From Chthoniobacteraceae bacterium (lineage in GTDB: Bacteria > Verrucomicrobiota > Verrucomicrobiia > Chthoniobacterales > Chthoniobacteraceae): a stretch of DNA of 31,789 nt. The DNA lies in assembly GCA_031409335.1 (NCBI GenBank), contig JANNWY010000152.1, forward strand, positions 1 through 31,789, in the 5' to 3' direction. Below the pieces are notes generated by a model. The model did not search any database. It saw only the letters and a list, made by a program, of their open reading frames with translations, and had not been told where the DNA came from. Of the stretch, positions 7,117 to 14,090 are shown in pieces. The position numbers were made by a program, and so were the translations under genes. Numbering within the stretch: the stretch's first letter is position 1; each line of letters begins with the position of its first letter.

Positions 7117-8946
7117 TCAAGGAGGAGTGAAGGTGGCGAATCCGCTCAAATCAATCGTTTGCACGTGCAGGCCCGTGTTTAGTCCCGCATCCGTGTCCGC
7201 AGCCACGATCAGGTCATTCAATGTCGGATTGATGAGGTTGGTCACAAAGGTGCCTTTGCCTTCGTTGGCGAAAGTCGCCGTGCTTAACAGGACCAGAGTA
7301 GGGACCAGAGTAATACTATCGTTGATGATCAGGAAAGCGGGGTTCCCAGAATCTCCAGGGATCAGGTCTTCATAAAACTTCAGTCGGTTCCGATGCAGGC
7401 CCGGTTTCACAAAGACTGCGAAAGAAGGGCCAAGTGCGGGAGAGCCAAGTTCGCGCAACTCGGACACAAGTGCCTTCTCCTCTTGATCGAGAACCATTAC
7501 CGGAGGTCTTCCGTTCTCCAGATAGCCGAGGTAGTCGTCGTAATTGTCGGAGAGCATCTTGCAAGGCGTGATGGTTGTGGGCAGCTGCGAATCGAGGGTG
7601 TACACCGTGAGGTCATTATTGTAGTTGGGAGAGCCCGAGTAAGCCGAGTGGCGTGCTTTCCCTACGATAGTGCGGTCAGGCGTTACAACTACATTGTCCG
7701 CCGTGATAAACCGGACGGTTTGGCCGACTTGCAACTCAACATGCGCCGAATTGATGATATGTTGCGCCGTGATGGCGGTGCCCGCGTAAAGATTCTGTCC
7801 CTCGCTATTCCACGGGCTGATACAGGTCATCTGCTGTCGCAGGTTGTAGCACCACGAGGCGGTATTCCGGATGTAAGTCTGGGTACCGTGGGTCTGCGTC
7901 GAAAAGATCCGCTTGGCGTCTTCCGGGTCTGTCGGAACTGCGAGTGCGGCGGCGATCCGATCGTCGATGGCCTCGCTCGCACTCAGGCCCACGGTGTTGG
8001 CTGGATACTCGTAACGAAATTGTGTGGTCGGCAGCACCGAAACCTCAGGTCCGTTCCCGTTCGGCAGTGCGCTTCCCACCTTTGCCGTAATGGTTCGCAG
8101 GGTGGGAACCGGAGGATTTGCAGAGGGGTGCTTGTAATACACTTGGGTGCGCCCATCCATTCCGGTCAGCAAATGCAAGGTGGTTTTCAGGCCGCTGCCA
8201 TCGCTGGCAGGCGAGACCTGGCCTTGATCGACGCCCGGGACGAATACCGTGACGCGGGCGTTATTCACCGGTCCCATCCCATCCGTCACCTCCAAGATCA
8301 ACGGCGCTGACAGTAGAGTTCCCGGTTCATCCGTCGGCGATGGGTTGGGCCAGTCGATAATCGCAATCCCCGGGTAGTTGCTCCCATTGTAATGATCGGT
8401 CGGATCAGTGCCCAGTGTTCCCGTCTGATACTCGACCAGATTGGTCACGCCATCGTCATCCGGATCAGCCGTGGGGCCGGTGGCATCATTGGGATCGTCC
8501 GGATCGAGCCCGAAATGAATTTCCCAATCGTCCGGAATGCCATCGCCATCGGTGTCGGATGAGGAGAAGGGATCGGTGCCGTCCGCGAGTTCATCGACAG
8601 TGATCACTTTATCTCCATCGAAATCCTGCTGGGCTGGATCGCCCGTATAGGACTCGAGGTATTTCAGACGAACGAAAAACCGATCGGCGTCGGACACCTG
8701 GAAGCCGTACGAATTGGGCGTATCTTCACCCGGCGCGAAGGCGTCCGGAAAATAGTGCCAGGAGACCAAATCCTTTGAATGCTGAATGAAATAGAACCGT
8801 CCTGCGCGTCCCCAAAAGGAAAAGGTGTACGAGTCCAGGCCATCCTGGCTCAGCCGGCATCCTTCGTTATCGTCGTTCGCCGTTTGGGCGAAGGCACCGC
8901 CGATTAGCACCAGCCCACAGAGGACGCAGAGCAATACGCGGCTCAT
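7117..8946 (-). CDS. Secreted multidomain protein: Ca-binding DxDGDG (TSP3-like) repeats, Ig-like region, C-terminal trypsin-like serine protease
   Basis: True start MSRVLLCVLCG at 8946 (ATGA overlap with the upstream stop). Signal peptide AFA-Q; DFDGD, DTDGDGIPDDWE, DPDDDGVTNLVEY; triad motifs GTAITAQHIINSAH (His 7741-7743), NDLTVYTL (Asp 7612-7614), PGDSGNP (Ser 7348-7350). Confidence 0.85.
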   Translation of the reverse strand: MSRVLLCVLCGLVLIGGAFAQTANDDNEGCRLSQDGLDSYTFSFWGRAGRFYFIQHSKDLVSWHYFPDAFAPGEDTPNSYGFQVSDADRFFVRLKYLESYTGDPAQQDFDGDKVITVDELADGTDPFSSSDTDGDGIPDDWEIHFGLDPDDPNDATGPTADPDDDGVTNLVEYQTGTLGTDPTDHYNGSNYPGIAIIDWPNPSPTDEPGTLLSAPLILEVTDGMGPVNNARVTVFVPGVDQGQVSPASDGSGLKTTLHLLTGMDGRTQVYYKHPSANPPVPTLRTITAKVGSALPNGNGPEVSVLPTTQFRYEYPANTVGLSASEAIDDRIAAALAVPTDPEDAKRIFSTQTHGTQTYIRNTASWCYNLRQQMTCISPWNSEGQNLYAGTAITAQHIINSAHVELQVGQTVRFITADNVVVTPDRTIVGKARHSAYSGSPNYNNDLTVYTLDSQLPTTITPCKMLSDNYDDYLGYLENGRPPVMVLDQEEKALVSELRELGSPALGPSFAVFVKPGLHRNRLKFYEDLIPGDSGNPAFLIINDSITLVPTLVLLSTATFANEGKGTFVTNLINPTLNDLIVAADTDAGLNTGLHVQTIDLSGFATFTPP

Positions 8947-9740
8947 TTCACGGCCTCCCGATTGAGCGGCAGCGTCGCAGGGCTGGGTTTCTTCCAGTAG
9001 TTGATAACGGTGTTCTTGCGAGGCGGCGGATTCTCGCGCAGTTGCCGCTCCGCTTCCGCCCTGGCTGCTTCGCGCTCGCTGTATGCCTGCATCAAGGCCT
9101 CGCGGTGCGCGTCGTAGTATGGGTGGATCGCGTCCAGCGCAGTCATCATCGGCGCGTTCGTCTGCCCCAACCCATCGGCCAGCACCCACCCGGCGCGGTC
9201 CTTTGGCAGAACGGCGATTTGCGGAAATTCGCGCGTCCTTTCCGCGAGCATTTCCGGCGTGCCACCGTCGAGAGCCAGCATCAGGGTATAGATGGCATCC
9301 GCCGTTTCGATCTCACCCATCCCGCTGAAATACTGGAAGTCGATGTTACTAAAGGCACGATAGCTCCTGCCCTCCTCGGTCCAGTGCAGCTCGGTAAGCT
9401 TGTGATCGAGGACCGTCGCCGAAAAGAACAGCACCGCATGCTGTTTCGCCTCCCGGCGGCGCTGGGTCGCGAGATCCTGTGGAGACAGCACTTTCGCCAC
9501 CGGAACCGGAGCCGGGGCGGAGGGCGCGGCTACCGGCGGCGGAGCGACGCGCTGGTAAATGATGGAGTGGTCCCCGCGTTTGATGACGGTCCGTTTGAGC
9601 ACCTGGAAATTGCGTTCCGGCTTCTCCGCGTTCGCTGGATTGGTCTGATCCTGCGCGAAGGTCGGAAACGTGAGGAGCGCACCGGCGAGGAAGGCGCAGA
9701 GCCTGGAAACAATTCGGTGAATTGGGGACAGGGAGATCAT
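8943..9740 (-). CDS. Secreted hypothetical protein, translationally coupled to the protease gene
   Basis: 265 aa from MISLSP. Signal peptide ending TFA-Q, Pro/Ala linker, C-terminal charged helix and NPPPRKNTVINYW motif. Confidence 0.82.
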   Translation of the reverse strand: MISLSPIHRIVSRLCAFLAGALLTFPTFAQDQTNPANAEKPERNFQVLKRTVIKRGDHSIIYQRVAPPPVAAPSAPAPVPVAKVLSPQDLATQRRREAKQHAVLFFSATVLDHKLTELHWTEEGRSYRAFSNIDFQYFSGMGEIETADAIYTLMLALDGGTPEMLAERTREFPQIAVLPKDRAGWVLADGLGQTNAPMMTALDAIHPYYDAHREALMQAYSEREAARAEAERQLRENPPPRKNTVINYWKKPSPATLPLNREAVK

Positions 9741-9846
9741 GGCGTTTGGATGGGTTGCGCGCCGAGAAACAACCACTCGGCGCCGGTTGCGCTGGATGAC
9801 GCCTCGTTTGTGGAGAAGTGCGCGTCAGATGGCAAGAAGTTTTTCA

Positions 9847-9873
9847 CACCTGAATCCAGACTTTAGTCAGGTG
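9847..9873. promoter_or_regulatory. Candidate operator between the divergent XRE gene and the secreted-protein operon
   Basis: CACCTGA-N13-TCAGGTG inverted repeat overlapping GACT-TT-AGTC (9859-9868). Confidence 0.4.
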
Positions 9874-9907
9874 GCTTGGAGGCATCCACTGCTTGCATCG
9901 TGAAGCG

Positions 9908-10159
9908 GTGAAACGCTCCGACTCCGAAAAAATTGCCACTGCGGTGGTGGATTTGCTCGCGGTGGCGAGGCGGAAAATGGGGTTGAACTACGAGGATTTG
10001 GGAGGGCTCACCGGCCTGCACGCGACCTCGCTGTCCCTAATCGAACGTCACTTGAGGAAACCCACTTTCGTCAATCTGTGCCGGATCGCCTCAGCCTTGC
10101 GGGTCAGGCTGTCAACGATCGTGCGAAATGCGGAGAACCAAGTGCGCCAGGGGGATTGA
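9908..10159 (+). CDS. XRE-family helix-turn-helix transcriptional regulator
   Basis: RRKMGLNYEDLGGLTGLHATSLSLIERHLRKPTFVNLCRIASALRV is a complete HTH_3 pattern. GTG start at 9908 (TTG at 9893 is an alternative). Confidence 0.9.
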   Translation: MKRSDSEKIATAVVDLLAVARRKMGLNYEDLGGLTGLHATSLSLIERHLRKPTFVNLCRIASALRVRLSTIVRNAENQVRQGD

Positions 10160-10317
10160 CCCTGCCGAGACTCCCAATGGCGACCGCTGGCGCGCCGCTT
10201 CCGACAACCCATGGCTTTCCCTTCCCCACTTTCCTTTCAATCCCTGTGGGTCGGCTCGCCTCAGCCGCACTTGAAATAGTCGCTAGAATGGTGAGATGGT
10301 CCGGGTCAATTGCTGTG

Positions 10318-12621
10318 ATGAGTCGCTCCACTTTCTGGTTCCCATTTTTTGCCTGTGCAGCGCTCGCGATTTCATCCGCTGGCGCGGACGACGGCGTGGC
10401 GTTTTTTGAGGGCAAGATTCGGCCACTTTTCGCCGAGCACTGCGCGAAGTGCCACAGCGCGGACGCTCCGAAGGTGAAGGGCGGGCTGAGGCTGGATTCG
10501 CGCGAGGCGATTTTGGGCGGAGGCGATTCCGGCGTGGCGATCGTGCCAGGCGATCCGGAGAAGAGCCTGCTGATCCAGGCCGTGCGGTACGGCGACAAGG
10601 ATACGCGGATGCCGCCGCAGAAAGACGGCGTGGATCGGAAGCTCTCCGACGCGCAGATCGCGGCGCTCGAGGAGTGGGTGAAAATGGGCGCGCCGGTGCC
10701 GGCGGCATTTGTGAAAACTGAGGGTGCGGAGAAACACTGGGCTTTTCAACCGATCGCAAATCCGACCGTGCCGGAGCCCGCCGACCAGGCGTGGGTGAAG
10801 ACGAGCATCGACGCGTTCCTTTTCGCGCAGCAGCCGCCCGCGCCGCCCGCGGACAAGCGCACGCTTTTGCGCCGCGCCACCTACGATCTCACGGGGATGC
10901 CGCCGACGCCGGAGGAGTGCGACGCCTTTCTCGCGGACGCTTCGCCGGATGCGTTTGCGAAGGTCGTCGAGCGGCTGCTCGCCGCGCCCGCCTACGGCGA
11001 AAAGTGGGGCCGCAAATGGCTCGATGTCGTCCACTACGCCGACAGCTCGGGCAATGACACCGACCACCCCACGCCGCTCGCGTGGCGGTATCGGAATTAC
11101 GTCATCGACGCCTTCAATCGCGACCTTCCGTTCGACCAATTCGTGCGCGAGCAACTCGCCGGCGACCTCCTTGCCGCGGCGCAGCCGCGCGAACGCTACG
11201 CCGACTGCATCACCGCCACCGGCTACCTCGCCGTGGGGCGGCGCTTTGGCTCGGGCAAAGACGACCGCGATGTCCATCTCGACCTCGAAGACACGATCGA
11301 CACATTCGGCAAGTCGATGCTCGGCCTCACGATCAGCTGCGCGCGCTGTCACAATCACAAATACGACCCGATCTCCGCGCGCGATTACTACGGCCTCTAC
11401 GGCATCTTTGCCTCCACCCGCTTCAGCTTTCCCGGCGGCGAACATCACCTGCATCCGCGCGATCTCACCCCGCTGCTCCCGCCGGATGAAGTCGCAAAAC
11501 TCGCCGCCGCCAAGGCCGCGATCGACGCAGCCAATGCCCCGGAGAATCGCGTGAAGCGAAAAATACGCGGCACCATCGAGCTGCTGAAAATGAAGTTTCA
11601 CGACGTGAAGAAGCAGGTGATCTGCGATGTCCCGCAGCCACGCGAAATCTTCGGCGAAAAGAAGCCCGAAATGGCCTACGCCGTGACCGAGGGAAAACCC
11701 GCGAACGTCCACTTGCAAAAGCGCGGCGAACCGAAGGAACTCGGCGACGAAGTCCCGCGTAAGAACCTCGACCTGCTCGGCGGACAACTCGTTTCTCCCG
11801 ATGGCGGCAGCGGCCGCGCGCAGCTCGCGGAATGGCTCACCGCGCCACAAAATCCGCTCACCGCCCGCGTCATGGCGAACCGCATCTGGCTCGGCCATTT
11901 CGGGCGCGGCATCGTCGCGACTCCGAACGACTTCGGCACCCGCGGCGCGCCGCCCTCGCACCCCGAACTGCTGGATCATCTCGCGTCGAAATTCATCGAA
12001 TGCGGCTGGAGCGTAAAGGCAATGCACCGCCTCATCATGCTCAGCGCGGCGTATCAGCAGACGAGCCAGGCGGAAGGCGGCTTCTCCCGTCGCCGGCTCG
12101 ATGCCGAGGAAATCCGCGACACCTATCTCGCGCTCGCCGGTGAGCTGGATCGCACGCCGAACACCGGCCATCCCTTTCCCGATGAAGCCCTGTGGGCCTT
12201 CTCCCAGCACAATCCATTCAAGGCATTTTACGATTCGCCGAAACGCAGCGTCTATCTCATGACCCAGCGCGTCCAGACCGAGCCGTTCTTCGCCCTCTTC
12301 GACGGAGCCGATACCAAGGTGAGCACGCCGCTCCGCTACGCCAGCACCGTCCCGACGCAAGCCCTGTGGTTCCTCAACGATTCGTTTTTTCATGCGCGCG
12401 CCGAGTCCTTTGCGCGGCGTCTGCTGGTCCTGCCCGATGACCCGCAGCGCCTCGCCTTCGCCTACCGCCTCTGCCTCCAGCGCGCTCCGACCGATGCCGA
12501 GGCGCAGACCGCCGCCACCCTCATCGCCGCGTATCAGCGTGAATCCCAGAGCCGGCTCGAAAGCTGGAGCGCCTACTCCCGCGTGCTGCTAGGCTGCAAC
12601 GAAATGCTCCACCTCGACTGA
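10318..12621 (+). CDS. Planctomycete-type cytochrome c / DUF1549 / DUF1553 (PSD1) protein, copy 1
   Basis: Start MSRSTFWF. Signal peptide, FFEGKIRPLFAEHCAKCH heme motif, KHWAFQP, RRATYDLTGMPPT, YGEKWGRKWLDVVHYAD, CARCHNHKYDPI, NPLTARVMANRIW, PSHPELLD, STVPTQALW. Confidence 0.95.
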   Translation: MSRSTFWFPFFACAALAISSAGADDGVAFFEGKIRPLFAEHCAKCHSADAPKVKGGLRLDSREAILGGGDSGVAIVPGDPEKSLLIQAVRYGDKDTRMPPQKDGVDRKLSDAQIAALEEWVKMGAPVPAAFVKTEGAEKHWAFQPIANPTVPEPADQAWVKTSIDAFLFAQQPPAPPADKRTLLRRATYDLTGMPPTPEECDAFLADASPDAFAKVVERLLAAPAYGEKWGRKWLDVVHYADSSGNDTDHPTPLAWRYRNYVIDAFNRDLPFDQFVREQLAGDLLAAAQPRERYADCITATGYLAVGRRFGSGKDDRDVHLDLEDTIDTFGKSMLGLTISCARCHNHKYDPISARDYYGLYGIFASTRFSFPGGEHHLHPRDLTPLLPPDEVAKLAAAKAAIDAANAPENRVKRKIRGTIELLKMKFHDVKKQVICDVPQPREIFGEKKPEMAYAVTEGKPANVHLQKRGEPKELGDEVPRKNLDLLGGQLVSPDGGSGRAQLAEWLTAPQNPLTARVMANRIWLGHFGRGIVATPNDFGTRGAPPSHPELLDHLASKFIECGWSVKAMHRLIMLSAAYQQTSQAEGGFSRRRLDAEEIRDTYLALAGELDRTPNTGHPFPDEALWAFSQHNPFKAFYDSPKRSVYLMTQRVQTEPFFALFDGADTKVSTPLRYASTVPTQALWFLNDSFFHARAESFARRLLVLPDDPQRLAFAYRLCLQRAPTDAEAQTAATLIAAYQRESQSRLESWSAYSRVLLGCNEMLHLD

Positions 12622-14027
12622 TGAATCGGTCCCACTCCCGTCGCGGATTCCTGCGTTCGCTCGTCGGCGGCTCGCTGCTGATGCCCGGCATCGTTTCCGA
12701 GCTGCTTGCGGAAAATGGCGCGCCTTCTCCCGACGATCCGCTGCTCCCAAAGCGACCGCATTTTTCGCCGAAGGCGAAGCGCGTCATCTTCCTCTTTCTC
12801 ACCGGCGGCGTTTCGCACATCGACGCGTTTGATCCAAAGCCGCGGCTCTTCGCGGACCACGGCAAGGAGATGAAAGTCGATCACCCCGAGGTCAACGGAC
12901 GGCCCGACTACAAGCAGCTTTTTCTGAAACGCCCGCAGTGGGAATTTTCCCCGCACGGGCAATGCGGCACCGAGGTCAGCACGCTCTTCCCGCACCTCGC
13001 GCAATGTGTGGATGACATCGCGCTGATCCGCTCGATGAACACGTCGCACTCGAACCATTTCCAGGCCACGCTCGGAATGCACACGGGCTCGTTCGCGTTC
13101 GCGCGACCGAGCATCGGCTCGTGGGTCAGCTACGCGCTCGGCACCGAAAATCGCGACCTGCCGTCGTTCATCAGCATCGCGCCTTTCCTGCCGTACGCGG
13201 GCGCGCAAGTGTGGGCGTCCGACTTCCTGCCCGCCGCGCATCAGGGCACGCTCGTCGTCCCCGGCCCGGAGCCGGTGGCAAATGTGCGGCGGCGTGCCGC
13301 CACTCCACGCCTTCAGCAAATCGAACTCGCCGCGCTGCGCGAACTCAACGCCAGCCACCTCGCCACCCGCGCCGAAGACACCGTGCTCGCCGCGCGGATG
13401 CGCTCCTTCGAGACCGCCGCGGGGATGCAGCTCGCGGTGCCCGACGTGTTCGATTTTTCAAAAGAAAGCGACGCCACGCTCGCGATGTACGGCCTCACGC
13501 GCGGCCAGAATACCGGCTTTGGCTGGCAATGCCTCGCCGCCCGCCGCCTCGCCGAGCGCGACGTGCGTTTCATCGAACTCATCGACAGCGGCTCATCGAG
13601 CAATTGGGATTCGCACGACGACATGCTCGACCACGCACCGCGCGCCATGAACGCGGACCAAGCCATCGCCGGCCTGCTTCGCGACTTGAAGGAACGCGGC
13701 ATGATGGACGAAACGCTCGTCGTCTGGGCCACCGAGTTTGGCCGCACGCCCTTCAACAACATCCTCGACGCCAAAGGCCGCGAACATCACCACTGGGCCT
13801 TCTCCTGCTGGCTCGCCGGCGCCGGCGTGAAGCCCGGCATCGTCCACGGCGCGACCGACGAATACGGCATGCGGCCGATCAGCGATCCCGTCCACACCCA
13901 CGATTTCCACGCCACGATCCTGCACCTCATGGGCCTCGACCACGAGCGCCTCATCTACCGCCACAGCGGCCGCGACTACCGCCTCACGGATGTCGCGGGG
14001 AAAATCGTGAAGGGTGTCCTCGCGTAG
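12621..14027 (+). CDS. DUF1501 family protein (Tat-exported, sulfatase-like), copy 1
   Basis: Twin-arginine SRRGFL, PKAKRVIFLFLTGGVSHID, CLAARRLAE, WDSH, EFGRTP, DFHATILHLMGLDH, GRDYRLTDVAG. Confidence 0.95.
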   Translation: MNRSHSRRGFLRSLVGGSLLMPGIVSELLAENGAPSPDDPLLPKRPHFSPKAKRVIFLFLTGGVSHIDAFDPKPRLFADHGKEMKVDHPEVNGRPDYKQLFLKRPQWEFSPHGQCGTEVSTLFPHLAQCVDDIALIRSMNTSHSNHFQATLGMHTGSFAFARPSIGSWVSYALGTENRDLPSFISIAPFLPYAGAQVWASDFLPAAHQGTLVVPGPEPVANVRRRAATPRLQQIELAALRELNASHLATRAEDTVLAARMRSFETAAGMQLAVPDVFDFSKESDATLAMYGLTRGQNTGFGWQCLAARRLAERDVRFIELIDSGSSSNWDSHDDMLDHAPRAMNADQAIAGLLRDLKERGMMDETLVVWATEFGRTPFNNILDAKGREHHHWAFSCWLAGAGVKPGIVHGATDEYGMRPISDPVHTHDFHATILHLMGLDHERLIYRHSGRDYRLTDVAGKIVKGVLA

Positions 14028-14090
14028 ATCAAATCGCGGAGCTAAGTGCGACCGCGTTCGCGGGTGTTTTCTGCAACCAGCATCGCCCAC

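Noticed and set aside
8947..9189. 81-aa N-terminal extension of the protease ORF
   Set aside because: Overlaps the upstream gene out of frame; the signal peptide and ATGA coupling place the start at 8946.
4079..9730. TGTCCCAAT (4079) and ATTGGGGACA (9721) as inverted termini of the island
   Set aside because: Short, imperfect, and the second lies inside a signal-peptide coding region; compatible with chance.
10078..10317. N-terminal extension of the first DUF1553 ORF
   Set aside because: Overlaps the XRE gene and precedes the evident signal peptide.
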